A program made the translations under genes and the position numbers. Of a stretch of 64,000 nucleotides of DNA, positions 15,963-30,737 are shown in pieces. Each line of letters begins with the position of its first letter. Positions within the stretch are counted from its first letter, which is position 1. Source of the stretch: Balanoglossus misakiensis (Eukaryota; Animalia; Hemichordata); NCBI GenBank assembly GCA_040954595.2, contig CM082578.2, forward strand, positions 14,538,304 to 14,602,303, read 5' to 3'. Under the pieces are notes generated by a model that searched no databases, was not told where the DNA came from, and saw only the letters and a list, made by a program, of their open reading frames with translations.

Positions 15963-18900
15963 TCAAACCTTGGTCGGAGTTCTCTTGTAACCTTTCTTCT
16001 GCAATGCCATCAACAATGGAATCAGAGTTGGCACCATCAGGACTAAGGTCCATAGAGGGCGCTGTACGACCCAGGCCAAACCAATCGTGTGGAGAGTCAG
16101 AGACACTGAAATTCCAATCACAAAAGTTGGTGTACTCAGCTTAGCCAGTTCTCGGATGATTGGTATCCATGACACTGGGGAAACAAAAAAGGAAAAATAA
16201 ATCATGATGGCATGTTGAGTAAAGACGTCAGTTAAATAGAGTACTGGAGGAAAAATTTCATTTAATCAAAGTCACTCAAGTCAATATGAGGGTCTGTGGT
16301 CTAACCCTTACACCCCCAGTTCCCTCTTTAGAGGTCCAGCCTTACCATAGAAAACAATGTGTTTGGACTGAACTATGGTGGTGAAAGGGTTAACAAATAC
16401 TTGTTTACATTACCTATGACTTGCAGAACATGATGCATCAGAATGATGGAAGTCAACACCATCAGAAATCCAACAATCCGTAACGACCATGTCATTGCTA
16501 AATTCGCATTCTCTTCTTTCGAAAACATTTCCTGTCGACATAGAAAGATAACACTGGTATTTGAAAGATGGATTTGAACGAAAATGAAGTACTGGTGGTC
16601 TGAGCTTACTAAAAGTACTATGTATGATACATGTAGAAAGATCAAAGTAAAACCTTACCTCAGCTGACAGTCTACCAAACTCCAGAAATTCTATAATTTC
16701 ACCACTGTAGGTTTCATATCCTTCTAATTCAGAATCCACCTGCTTGGCTATTATGCTCACCTAAGAAACAGAAAAATATCATGTCTTAATTAATGAGTCA
16801 AAATACTATCTCTGCAGATGAAATAGCCAAACCCTGACATTCTCACCAAAATGCTTGCCTCTTACTAGAAAGTTGTATCAAATTACATCACCGCAAAACA
16901 GCAAGCTCTACTTCTTCTGAATATAATTCTTGACAATGTGTCTCACCTGTTGTGGTGGGCCCAGATCTGAATATACTTTAGAATATTCTTTACCACACAC
17001 ACCAGAATAGCTGAATCTGATTCGGACATCACCAATCTGTAATGTACAAAAGGACCAATTACTCATAGGATTGACATTTGCAACAGTGTATTGTACATAA
17101 CTAGTTTGTCACATAACAGACAGGATATACTTCACAGTTCATACACTGTACTAGTTCATGAAGTTTTCATTCATTACAATTGTGGTTTTTAGTGATCATT
17201 TTTTGCTGTAGACAGGTTAAGGTGTGAATAATGTCCCTTTTGATAACGAAACCAAATGATACCAATGTATATTACCTGTGGGTTAGAGGGATCTTGTCCT
17301 TGATAAATGTAGCCATCCACTATGTGAGCATTAGGAAGTCCCTCTGGTAGACTATACAGTTTATATTTCATTTCCTTGTCAATTTTGGAAATAAGATTTT
17401 CTGACAGTAAAAAGCTGCCGACGTAAACTTTATCGGCAATGTAGGTTTTGCTCTCTGCTGGCATCACCCTGTGAAGAAATAAGAGATGAAAGCTTCTGAT
17501 ATCATGTCCCAGTAATGCGTACCCAAACATCCCTACTTATAAGTGCATTGGTCCAATTACATCACTTAGAACGAGTGGAGAATGTTGAGGTGTACTGAAA
17601 CCACCAGAGGCTGTCACAAAACAGTTGGCAAAAAGCATCAATCATGATGATAGGATGAGAAATTATTGACTTACACAGGATTTCTATGCAAGTCACTTTC
17701 TTCAAAGTCTTCACTGTCTACGAGTTCTGACACCCACTCTTTACCTGAAACATAAAGTTCATCCCAAATGAATCAGACTTGGAAACTGTACATTCCATAG
17801 ATAGAAGTTAAAGCTACTGTCCTATTAAATGAATAATTTATTACCGTAGGAATACACAGTTTCTACCCTTGGCTCTACAGCCTCGTTGATTGCTCTTTCA
17901 CTGGTCGTCTCTATCCATTGATACATTTCAGCCTCTCTCATTAATTTAGCAGCCTCCACTCTGACACCATATTCTGCGTCTTCTAGGAACTATTGGAGAA
18001 ATAAACAAGATTCCATTATTATGGCAACTATAGCCAATGATTTGAAATGGAATGATTGATTTTTTGATAGTTGAAAATATAATTACAAACCAAGAAATTA
18101 TCTCTCAGTAAGATTCTTACCTTCTCTGTCCTCAGTGTTCCCATGAGGTGAACCAGTTGGTTGTTATTTTCATCAAATGCTACTTGTGTGGTTGACAGTG
18201 GCACCACCAATGCCATCCCTTCCTCGACAGATCGGGATATTTTCACGATTCTCCACTAAAAAGACAACGACAGAGTCGTGAAGATGATATGACATCAAAA
18301 GACCTCACTGCAGATCAGTGAAAACACTTTTGTATGATATGATAACCGAGGAAAGGGCTAACTTAATTAAAGTTTCAATATTTAAACATGCCTTACCTCA
18401 TTCCAGAATAAAACAACGACCGCAGCAGACAGTAAGACAAAACTGAAACAGGTACTGGTGAAATTGACTGACAGTCTCTCCTGCAAACTGGAAAGCTTAG
18501 TCCTGGCATATTTTCTTGCGTTACTCTTGGAATTCTTGGAGTGGTTCAGGAGGTGATCGTTGTGCATTCCAGGTGCATCTGGATACTGGAAGAGAAAATG
18601 ACTAAATTTGTGTCTTAAAAAATATTCAGTTCCAAATAGTGCCATAAGGTCCTCAAAGGTTTGATATGTCATTGGCCTCATGAAGTATAGGACAGGTTAA
18701 TTAATCATTCATGTTTGTGCTTGCTGCACACTATTTTCACATAGAAAACTGTCCAATTCTGACCTGAAGTGTCTCCGTAGATAATTTGTTACATTTATAA
18801 TTCACGAATGAGGAAATTAAACTGAAACACAAGGGAGTTGATATCCTGCTTGCATCAGTCAAGTACCTCAACAATACTCAATTCAGCTGCAGCACATAGT

Positions 18901-19513
18901 CTTTTGAACAAACTGCAAATTAAGTTCCCCTGTATTTGTCACATATTTTACAAAAAATATCGCGACCAATAATTATACATATAATCAAATATTGATTCTG
19001 ACAATGTTGTACTATATATTGAAGCCAGTCAAACTCAATGATGACAATGAGTTTTGCATTCTACAAACTACAATGCAGGTTGTCAGGGGTAACAGTACAC
19101 TCTTTTCCTGGGACAGTAGGAAATACTGTGAGCATTCGATAATTTTTGAGAAAAACGCAGAAAACAAGGGTGATGTAAACACTCATGTAAGCATCCAGTA
19201 GGTACAACTTCAAATCATTACAAAGCGGATCGTTAATGTGACAAATATTGCGGGGAACATCACAGCACAGAGATACACACGCAGACAAGCTATGAGGTGC
19301 GTAACCACGGCAACGACTTGTCACATCACAGTCACAGTGACGTGATGGTTGTGCGCACATCGAAGAGAACACTTAGATCCAAAAATTCACCTCTTCCTCA
19401 TCCTCACTGCTGTTTCCATCAACCGCATCTGTCATCCTGCAAGGAAACCTTCGAGAAAGGGGTTTGTTATCGATATTACGTTTTAATGATATACCTACGT
19501 GTGCTCGGTACAT
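15963..19513 (-). CDS. TMEM43: Transmembrane protein 43 (LUMA) homolog; 10 coding exons, ~422 aa
   Basis: Exons 19499-19513 (MYRAH), 18397-18585, 18121-18255, 17845-17989, 17675-17744, 17276-17468, 16947-17036, 16659-16760, 16414-16531 and 15963-16174 total 1269 nt in frame. TMEM43 motifs: VLFWNE, QLVHLMG, EMYQWIE, W.SELVDS..F...HRNP, NPQIGDVRIRFSYSG, VSIIAKQ, TWSLRIVG, WIPIIREL, SLTL..IGLAW...RP. Confidence 0.92.
16301..16393. mobile_element. ~92-bp MITE, same family as 36092-36183
   Basis: (C)TAACCCTT...AAAGGGTTAA ends. The internal cacccccagtt..agaggtccag..ttaccatagaaaacaat..tttggac is shared with the copy in the CLCA-A intron. Confidence 0.7.
19301..19314. promoter_or_regulatory. RFX X-box in TMEM43 intron 1
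   Basis: GTAACCACGGCAAC (reverse GTTGCCGTGGTTAC) fits the X-box consensus. A CRE-like TGACGT is at ~19338, within a CpG-rich promoter-proximal patch. Confidence 0.45.
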
Positions 19514-22500
19514 TTCCCCTGTTAAGTGACACAATAGTAACCTCCGACCTTGTCAAGAAAATCGCAGACAAAAATTACAGTGGAATCCGAACCAGAATCA
19601 GAATCCATTCCCTGTAACCTTTGACATTATTGCAATCAGCATCAGATTGCGAAACCGCTGTGTCGATGTCGGTCAATAGCTCAATGTTTAATACGTTCGT
19701 GATGAAACTAGAAAAAATGTTTAATAGTTGACCTCAGAACACAAACCTTTATTTTTTCTAGCTGTATCCAACCCGGGAGTATAGTAGATATCGTCCGATC
19801 CACAAGCGCCCGTGAACTGAAAACCATTTAATGTGTGGGAACGGAATTCGGTTACCCTGCCGGCAAAATCGAACAGCTGAGAATAGTAGGGTGCCCTCCA
19901 GCGACACCATCAATCAATGTTATTTTGTTTTTAACACATTGTACTGTGGGAGGGGATTTTTTACATGTGCAGGTAGACCATAGCAACCATTTTTAATTTT
20001 TTTTTTATTATTAAGGTCTTGTGAACTTTAAATCCGGTAATGTGAGACAGTGATAGGCGGTAGGCTATAGGGGCCTAAAGATCTGGTCTGGCAGGTTTGG
20101 CCCAATGCCGTCAAAAAGAACCCATATTACAAATAGTGCAATTCTTGAGCAAAGGTCCCAGTGCTATTTTTTTGTCTTTCCTACTTTCTCAGACCTGACG
20201 ACATCCACTGCAGCACAACAATCTATCCACGTGGAATCATTCCCAGGCTGTCAGTACAGTAGCGGCTTGGGGCGACACGTGTCCTGTGCGTTCGCTTGTT
20301 TTCACCGGGTTTCGAAATACATGCAGTGGTTTTCTAACACGACCCACCTCGAAATATTTTGAATTTTAAAGCCACACACTTGTCTTATATGTGAATATAA
20401 TATTTTTTTATAAAAGAGAAGAAGGGAAAATTATAACTAGTGGGGGTCACTAGCCTTGGGTGTTCCTAAAAGATACGGGCAACAGGCAGGCAGACCCGCG
20501 CGTGTCGCCCTCCACACGTGGAATGTTGCAAATAGGAAATACTACTGGTAGGTTTTATGCTATTATAGGAAAATCAAGCCATTAAATGAAATTTCCCTAG
20601 AAATCAGACGCCAAACGAGCCGACGGAATTACACACACTCGTGACCCTAAGCCGAATTCACTCAAAAGCGCTGACTGTTTTTCTCTCTCTCAGTAGGCCT
20701 AGTTATATACACCTTTCTTCAAATAATTTTCTGTCACTCATTTAAAGACAAACGGAATGCATGTGAGTATTTTCTACTGGCCTGATTTTAGTGAGAAAGA
20801 AATCGGTCGTGTGAACTTTCACCGGTTGCTTCAAAGTGACTTCCAGATATGGCAATCAAGCTCTCTGGCCTGGAAACACTCACTTCAACAAATCGTTGGT
20901 CCCTGGTAGACATATACTCGCACCCAACGATTTCTAAAATCAGACGTTTGCTTGACGTATGGACATGTCCACTCGTGGAATATTGAAAAATTGTATTTTC
21001 AGTTTTGAAATGTCATATTCACCATGAAAAAATCGTGAATTATATCTAGCCATAAAGACAACATCTGAGTATTCGAGGACCATATGGTGTACATACACAA
21101 GTGATTTGTCCTGCCACTACCAGATCCTATGGAAGTGCGCAGTAAAATATACTTTATGGGCACTTCATAGCTGATGCTGTTTTATGTATTGACCAAGTCA
21201 CTCATATAAGGTCTCCATGGATACCGACCATTTGGTCCCAAATTGCTGAAAATACATTGTTTTCCCTTATCCATGGACATTCATTACCTATAAATTACAT
21301 GTACATGTATTAAAGTGTTAAGGCTGCGTTTCCAGGGGACTAGTGTAGTTGTAACTTGGATAAGGCAATCTAAAATTTGGTTTTTACTTTGTGTGAAAGT
21401 GCGTGTGTTCGTCAGAACTCAGGCCATGCGATGAGGGTGCGCTCAATACTGAAACGACAAGGTCGATTCTTGAGCATCCCTTTTTAATGGCGGCGTTTTG
21501 GCCGGACTGACCCTCGAACTTCAGCTGTTCAGTATTAAACGTTGATGGGAACGGTTATTCATCCATCAAATCAAAAAAGCACTTGGAATCAAAATTGAAA
21601 CTCGTAAGTCATGACGTTTTATCCCGGATGATTGTGTTTTGGAAATAACGACCTTTCCCAGATCGCAACCTCCAAAAATAGCAGTGTCTGTTAGGTGTGA
21701 CAAAAACATGTGGGAGTAAGAACTCGCTGTTTCTACGAAAATAGAATAATTTCATATCTCCACTTGCTTTCATTAATTTCAAGACAGACACACTCATCAA
21801 ATCTCACAGCAATGGCATGTTATGATTTATTATGAGTTTGATCACCCAATACCGCTTCATGCTGATGTTTCGAAATTCATTCGTTCAACACCTCGCTCAT
21901 CAAAAGAAGTGATTGTTTTGTAAGGTCATATTTCAGTGTATTGCCGTGTATTCAAATTTCTTGACAGATCGCCTCCATTTGGAACAACAAGTACCATCAC
22001 TTTTCAAAACTAAAATTATTTTCCGAGTGTTATTTTTAAAAACCGTCTCTGTTTGACCGATGGCACGTTCTTTCGCGGTGCCGTTTGGCAGACAGGGAGT
22101 CACTTTTCCCGAAATTTATCGACGACATATTTGTCGGTGAAAATTATCGTTGCCCATTCCTTTCTCGCATCTTGTCTATTTCTGGTCATTTTTTGTCGAA
22201 TGATCGTGTTGTCTCGCAAAATTCTGATGTCACATATGGCGAACAATGCGTCATTATATTTCATGGCTACAATAGGCCTATATGATGGAATGCTGAACAC
22301 TGAAACGTAATGGCGGCTGTTCACGTAAAACTCTTACCTTCCATTAAGTATCTTCCATTTCGCCTACTTTTTAATTTGGAAATGTGGCAATGTTGTGTCA
22401 GGGAAAGCCTTTCTGAAACATCTATCCATCGTGTTTTTTTTCTGGAGGTGATATTTTTTCATCATATAAACGCTGCCACTAATAATATCCCTCTCTTAGG

Positions 22501-25500
22501 GCCAACATTATCTTGTGCGTTCCCTTGTCAAGAAATACCCCTCAGCTGCTGGGTAAGCCCGTAGACGTTTTCTGGTCCTGTTATGGGATCTCAGGTTAGA
22601 GGCGCCCTCCTCGTCTGACTCCGAAGCTGGAATTTTACATGTTGTGTGTACCCGTGGTTTGGTATGATCTCGCACGTCGCCTACCACATGCTCACACGCT
22701 AGATCAAGCACATGTTTTAAAGATCGTGACCACATACCGCCCACTAGACTGTACCTTGTCCTCACAAACCTCGGACGCTCGTCATGTCAGTGTCCTGGTA
22801 TAAAACATTTAGCATGCAAATACAATTTGGAAGTCTTCCAAACTTAATTTTGATCTCCCTCGATCGGCCTTCTTTTCCACTTTAGCTTTAACTTAAATTC
22901 CATCCCGTCCGCGAGAAGAGGGTTTGGAACAATATCACGTGAGATGCCACCTGTGTGAGAATCTCGCGTACGTTGATTGGGTTGGTTTTGCGCAGTCTCT
23001 TATTGACCATGAATCGCTCAATAGCTGATTATGTGTTAATTGCGTTAATTCGGTTAACCTAAAGGTGCGTGTAACTCCATGCTGTATGGCGTGATCGTTC
23101 AAAATGACCAGTGCTCAGTAAAATGGCTAAAAATAAGAGTATGCACCTATAGTCAAAATTGTACCCGATTCAAATTAAAAGCCACAGTACCACAGCCTAC
23201 CAAGACTACGAAAATATGACCAAAACACGACCCACTTCTATACACATGAACTCCAAATTACTACCCACGCCCAGGTATATACCGGACATCAAGATGCGAC
23301 GTCGTTCGAGTGTGTTCATATGCCGCCTTGTCTGTGGCCCCGCCCCGCTCCGAATTTTGGGACCTCGTGCTGCGTTGTCATGGGTTGGGAGTTCTAGTGA
23401 ACAGTGTAGATTATTTAGCACCTAATTTAAGTCTTGAGAACGAAACTTTTACAACGGAATTACATATATAGAATGTACCGTGCCCTGGTGTACCCTAACC
23501 GAGAGCAATGCACATGACGTAGAAAGAATTAGAAAAACAGCGCGTGAACGGAGCGATCGCATTCCGATTTCAGTCGCATGAAACTGCCGTACACCAAGCC
23601 ATACACAGCCACTCAACCGAAAATTGATCCGGACGTAGTCGTTATGAACCAAAACCTGAATAATACTCAGCTGCAACATTTTCGTACCGGAGATCCGAAC
23701 ATGTGCGTTTAGTGTTGACATTCTTGGGTTGGCGCCCCCCGGGACGGGGACGGTTGATATATTGAGATGATGGACGGTGATGCACGTATGCGTTACTTAG
23801 GCTGACTAGTATAGTGTCTGACACTCGGACGGCTAGGTTAGGTACGGTATAGACGGCGAAATAGGGAAGCTAAATCACTTCGCAGCCGAAGAAAAAAACC
23901 ACGCCGTTTATTGGCTCCTATTCACCCATGACAAGTCTCCAAGATTGAGGTAAGCAGTGTCACACAATTTCTTTTCGACCGAGATTTAAGTTCACGCAGA
24001 CGATAATATCGAAATTCTTAACCAATGGCTGTGCAACGCTCAGAACAAGACACACTACTCAATACATGTCCTGTGTAACAAGGTTCACCTCGATATCACC
24101 GACCCATTAACTGTGTCACAATATTGATTCAATTAGCAGATTTAAACTGAATTGAGGCCTCGGGATGTCGAACGGTTTGCTTGTTTTATTATGATAGATA
24201 ATGTTATCTTGGAGGCAGTCGTAACAATTTGCCTAATGTTCCTACAACTTGGCCAACGGTCTCTTAGGCTACTCAAAATGAACAGGTGAAAAATGATGTT
24301 ACTAGGCCCGTTTCTTCTGAACTGACTCAAAATTCCGGGAAGGGAGCTGGTAATATTTGATTTATTGCGCACCGTTAGCAAGTTATACATTGTAATTAGC
24401 ACTGGCATATTGTCATGTTAAAAGTTGAAAGGCGATCATGCAACGCCCGAGGAAAAGTTATCACACGGAAGTAGATGAAAAAAACAACCAAACCCAAATG
24501 GCCTTTGGTTTCGATATGTAAATGCATTGTGGTTGGCACGTTGCCTGAAATATCAGAGTTTCAACAACAACGTGCCGCGTTTATCACGCTCACACATTCC
24601 TTCGGAATCGGTTGGCAACAGAGCGTCTGTGCTCTCTCTCTCTCTCTCTCTCGCTTTGAACTGATACAGAAGCAAGTGTCGGATGAGGAAAGAGCCGTGA
24701 TTGAAAGAAAAGGGTATGTCAACATATTTTAGTCACCACGATAGTATTTTCTCGGAAAGTACAGCGTTCAGTAAAGCTCTGCACTATTGAATCAAACAAA
24801 ATGTGCCACTTTTTCAGTCTCCTTTTCTCAGTCGGAACAAATCCTAGTACGATCAAGGTGCTATAGATACAACCCATAATATTTAATGACTTCCGATTTC
24901 TCACGTCTAAGTAAACTTTAAAGACAGAGGTGTGGTATGTAAGGAGCATTCTGAAAAATGTGTTTAGTGCGCATAAAAACAGTCTGAATATGCATTACAT
25001 TTCTTTCTGTTTCTGAGTTATGTGTACAGATAACCATACGCACAGCTTTTGTGAATGTGTGTAGGTTGTCCTCGTGTTAAAATCTCGTATGAAAATGTGC
25101 CTTTGGATTTTACAAAATGTAGGTTTGTCTCATATATTTTGTTTCTGACGCCAAAGGTCGCCACATGTCTTTTCCCTTTCTCCCTCTCCTGTTTAAGAAT
25201 TTTCTCGGTGGGTGGTCGGCTTTTTCCGGAAATCCTGCATCCTTCGAGGTCGAACGGACCTTCTATCGCTCGACCCAAACTAGTTCTCCACGCCAATAGA
25301 GTGGGAATTCTGTCGTAGGCTTTCCAGCTTGCAACGTGATCGTCCATATATATGCCATTGACCGCTACAGTGGAGCTTTGCATTTGTAGTTTTAACTGTG
25401 CATGTATCTGATATCATAGTGGTTGACTTTGCTAGACCTTTGGTGGAGTTCCCGCCGAGATTCAATGACTTTATTCGCTCGAAATATGCTCCCTAACCTA

Positions 25501-27929
25501 GATGCAGTATTCCTGAAGGTTTTGAAGTTTCACCATCGCACTTAGTTTATTGATTCTAGATTTGAACAACTTGTATGAATGATAATGCCAGCTATGGGTC
25601 AAATTCCGTTTCCCCAGCAACAGTGCAAAACTCATTACATAGTCCGAGTCGATCGTGTGCTTAGTACCGCCACGGGTCACGTGTCGGGTCAATATCATGC
25701 CTTGGCGAGTAGAATCACAATTATAGAGTTTTATTTTTCACCTGTTTAGAAAAGAAATGTAAAACAAACATCTAAGGGTTGTTGTTTTCGATCTAATGAC
25801 ATTCAAATGTACATTTGCTTGATGTGTAAATAGATAATTCGATTGGGGTTGACGACTTGACGCTAGTTGCGTCTGTTCATTTGCCCCCCCCCCCCTCTCT
25901 CAATAAAACGAGGGTCAATATTTTTCTATCTTAAGTGTAAAACTCATTTTTTCTATCTTTAGAGAAAAACTCAGCGGCTCCAGGGATTATTAAATGTCTC
26001 CGAGCCCCAGAGGGTGTTTTACACGAGTGCCGTATGACCATGCGGGTAGTTTCAAAGGAGCATGTACAGTGCCAAGGGCATTTCTACAGCAGCAAAAAAT
26101 AGTCCGCAGCCCGTAACTTTTCATGGGAACAAAAGATCAAATGCGCTCCCGCACCCTTCCTTTTATCAGACAGACACGCGTGGCGTTGGGCTCGCTTGAC
26201 CGTATTTCGGTGCTGGAAGTAGGCCTACCAGTGAAAATTGTTTTACCGGCTAAAATAATCCGACTGAGTATTAAAAGATGCCGTGTCTTAAAATACTGTG
26301 GCGGAGTTTGAGATCGGTCCATAAGATAAAATTAGCGTTTTAATTTTCTCCAGTGCTGTGGGCCTAAGTAATGTCCGTTAGATTTTTTTCCCATTATCGA
26401 AACAGGTCTTCTCTGTGTTAACAATTAATTTATCGATATTTGGAATTGAAAAAAAAGAAATAAATTAAAATGATATGCCTAAAAGTGCTGGCTATTCCTC
26501 CGTAAATGCCTACCCTCAAATTTGGACGTGCGAGGGGGTCATAGAAACCCTGTTAAATAGAGCTACTCAAAATAAATAGCTCACGGAGAATCGTACCGAT
26601 TCAGGTTTCCAAGAACGATAACCGTTTAGAAACATCTCAGGATCAAGGTATTGGTGATTTTTGCCTTAGGGAAACGCTTCTATGAATTACATGATTGCCA
26701 AACGAATGACAAAACACACGAGGAATTATTTGCCCCAGAATCTACAGTGTCTTGAGTCATACGCATTCAGTTACACTGTTTAAAGAAAAGACCAAAGTTG
26801 TCAGGATCACTTTTGTCGGCCACGTCAGTGCATTATATTTCTCTGATAGCGTGCTAAAATTGAGGTGTTTTTTACAAGAAATATATATGCAGTGTGTAGC
26901 AGAGGATTTAAGTTTCTTCTGACCAGACCGTCAGTGTCCCATTCATACCTGGTCACTTAAAAAAAAAAAACAAGGACCATGCATTTTTCCACATGATCTA
27001 TTTGCGAATACGGCACGCGTCCATATGCTATTTATTCTCACGCAGAGTCACGCATGGGCGATCACATGCATCCGCGGGGAGAAGGGGGGGGGGGGGGTTG
27101 GCGCCGATAGGCCTAAACTCTCCGCTCCAATCGCCATTTGAACCCTAACACTGCGAAATCACCTTGTTCCTTGTTTCAATAATGACGAGAAACTCGTCTG
27201 AGGTTTCAAAGACTAACGAAAACGATATTTCATTAATCATTACATCAGCGCAAATTGATGACGATATCCCCATGAATTAACAACGTGGTTGTAAATAACA
27301 AAAAAGTCAAGTAGTAGGGTAAATTTCGAATGGACTGTAACAGCGGTTATTCACACGTACTTGTTCTCGGTCCTGTGAGATTGCACACGTGAAACATTGC
27401 ACGGAGCGCCGCGCTGGCTCGAAATCTCAGTCGGATAATAACTAGACAATTTCTCCGTACTGTATTCAGTGCAATTCTCGACAAACGGGGAATTTGAAAA
27501 CACTGAAATAAAACAACGTGTACTTGGCCTGTAGTGAAAAGTATCTCAATTTTGCCATCGAATTCAGCAACGTTAGAGTTGATATTGGAGTCATTTTATA
27601 TGTAATATTGTCCAAAGTTTGATAGACGACCAACTGTACGTCACACATGGCAAACACCATTGGGATGTTTGCAAAAATTTCCCGGCTAAGCCTTGTAATT
27701 ACCGCCTATTAATTACCAGCAATTTTAACCAGCAATTGACAAGTGAATTTTAGTCCGCATTAAATTTACGCATGTCATCAATAACATTGCACTTTACGCG
27801 TATGTTTACTTGGCATTAAAAAACTAGTTGTTCCGTGACCAAATGAGTAAAAGTTACGGGTACTATCCCTTTAATGTGCCTTTCCCGATCATTGACTGCC
27901 TAAAATTGACCAAAAATCCATCCACATCC

Positions 27930-28956
27930 GGACTTTTCCAAACGGCGCGTACTCCGTGCCACCAGATGTTTTATTGGTTGAAAAGGGCGAGAAGTGTACA
28001 TGTCAGCGACATCCGATCACGGCCCTTGCTTGGTTGGCAACGGAGTGAGCAGGTGTGCGCGCGGCTACTCGTTCTCCCGTCCCGGCTGTACCACTTGTTA
28101 GCGAGTTCGAGCTCTGGCAAGCGGAACTACAGTTTGGTTGTCGGAGCAAATTGAAATCAGGAGGGCTAGGAACCCCCATCCCCAAGTCACTCGCTCCCTG
28201 TTTACTTTAGGCAACACGCGCACACTTGTAAGGGTAAGTACCAACCATTGAGACCTGAAAGAACGAACTTCAAATTCTGTACGATACAAATCAGTGTAGT
28301 CCTGCTATTATCGCGGTGGAAGCGCGTCCCATTTTTGTTTCCATGAGCGCGAACGCATTCAGCTCCACCGCGCGACTGATTACTCAAAGGTATGTTGAAA
28401 TCTTGATGGGTAATAAATGTGGCTATAATATATCGTAATCTGTCAGAGTTTGTTTGCTCAGTAGTACAGGTCAGAGCGATCTTTGCAATTGAGAGACGGT
28501 ACTTTATAGGGTCGGCATCTATCATCGCCCCCCGTTCGTTCGTCGCGTCATTGATATAGACCAACGCGCTCACAACGAGGGCTGTCACTTCATCTGCTAC
28601 TCGAATACTTTACCCGAGACGATTCCTCCGATGCCACAGATCTGAAGAATGGATGGGTCACAATAATCATAAATTTTGAAACAATTTGGTGTCGCTTGGG
28701 GCCCATGTGGTGGCAGAACTCCGAGAAGACGGCTCTGCCTGTGCAGACTGACCGATCAGATCGGTTTGAGTTTGAATCGACGCTTAAAAGGTTACAAACA
28801 CCCACGGTTATAATTTTGTTTTATAAACCGCGTTGTTAATTTACCAGGAATTAATTTCTAGTTTTTTTCCGTAAAGGAGGGTACCTGACGCGGTTAGATC
28901 AGCGAGAGTATTCACCGACTCGTTGTACTGTCTACGGTTAATATTTTAGGCGAGAG
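27930..28956 (+). promoter_or_regulatory. Putative promoter and non-coding 5' exons of the 779-aa gene
   Basis: Reverse CCAAT (TTATTGGTT, ~27972) followed by a GC/CpG-rich stretch. Donors AGG|GTAAGT (~28234), AAG|GTATGT (28389) and GAG|GTAAGC (28956). Acceptor TTTTACAG at 30611 precedes the ORF. Confidence 0.45.
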
Positions 28957-30737
28957 GTAAGCGTACTGTCCGCAGAGCAGTCGTGTTAGGCCTATAGTTC
29001 ATCATCATTTCTCTGCGTCATGTCAAGGGGACTTCTTTTGACTATGTTATTATTTTAGCCTATTAAATGTTGGGACGTTTCGTCACACTTAGAACAGCTC
29101 GTATTAATTGGCGATGCAGGGATGTGGGGCGCAGTAGCAGAGAAGTCGGTCGAGTCCACGGTACACAGACCCATATTTTACGCCGAACCTCCAGTACACA
29201 CACGTCGTTGCTATAGTGAAGCACGAATTCGCTGGGGCCAAGAGCGGGAAGGGGTGCGATGGCCGGGAGAAGACGTGCATGCCACGGCGTACAAAGGTGT
29301 GAACCTGGTCTAGACGCATCGTTACAATCTACACGTAGAACGGAATGGAACAAACCCCCACACTGTCCAGACACAAACTGACAAATGATCACATAACTGT
29401 GTAACCCGTCATAAAACACACACACACACACACAACACTGCACCTGTTAACCACGGCGACAAATTCACCCCCCCCCCCCGGTTTTGCATGTTGGTTAACA
29501 CAGGTGCTAATAATGTAATGCGTGTAGGATCTATATATTTACATGTAAATAGTGCTAAATGATTCTTTTACAGTTTCTTGCACTCTACGCTGAGTTTTTG
29601 TCCCCACTTGAAGCACGCCCAACCGGTACCACGTTCGAGCGAACAACATTCATTTGGAGATGCAATTCGTCCCGTAAAACAATTTTCACTATTCTGTTGG
29701 TCATCGTTTCGTATTTAATGCAGCAAAGATAAGGCAAAGTCGATTTTCCTTTTCAAAGCGTCGGCCAGGAATTAGATTTTGCATTATGAATACTAATACA
29801 AGTTTTTTTACCACGCTGAAACGCAACTTTAGAATATTTAAAGTTGGCTAAATGTGTACGGGAATATGTAAGGACGATTTTGGCAATTTTACAACCGGTG
29901 TTCGTAACCCGTTTATAGATCTATAACAGACTCCCCGGTGGACAGGGTATTAAATGGCGTGTTTTCTGTAAGATTTTAATAGAAAAAAGTTATTCTTATA
30001 CAGCGCCATACCGCGTTCCATTTAGATTTTATCGTCCTTCGGCTTTTATGGGTGGGTGCATTTTGAGTGCCCCGTGGTTAATTAACCCGGATTAAAATAC
30101 AGAAAAGGAAAGAAATTCCAAACATTTATTGACTCTTGTGGTGGCACTGGTAAATTAAAATTATTAAAATTTAAAATACAAACACCTCAGAACGCTGTTC
30201 CTGTTCGTGTAAGACACGTATTCTAGTTAAATAATAACACATGATAGCGAGGGCAATATCACGATTTGACGCCTGCGCAAGGGATGGTGCTCTCTGACCG
30301 TAATATTGATGATGCCCGAGCCGCAGACCCGAGTCTAAACTGAAATGCAAATGGACTTGGAAAATTGAAATTTTAATTTTCTCTATAAATCCCATATATA
30401 TTATTATCCGCACATCTTTATCTCGTTGAATATGCGAGAGTTAGCCCAAAACTCTCGCGTTGGAAAATGGGCGTGGTCATGAAACCTAAAATAAGACAAT
30501 TTGTATGGCGGAAGGCTAATTCTGCTTTCGAGCAATTAGAGCCGAACAGCCTTGTACCACAAAATTTATGTTCCCTGGTGAAAACACAAATGTCTTTATT
30601 CTATTTTACAGAGACGATCTTTCAAGACTGGACTTATCAAGCAGTTGAAGCAATCACGACTGACAAGATAGTAGGACCACTGCATAAGTAGAACGTGCTT
30701 TAAATAGAAGTTTTCGATACAGAGAGCCAGTGCAAAG

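Noticed and set aside
20105-30413. Numerous 60-130 aa ORFs between TMEM43 and the 779-aa gene
   Set aside because: No recognisable motifs, many non-ATG starts and no consistent exon chain; compatible with chance.
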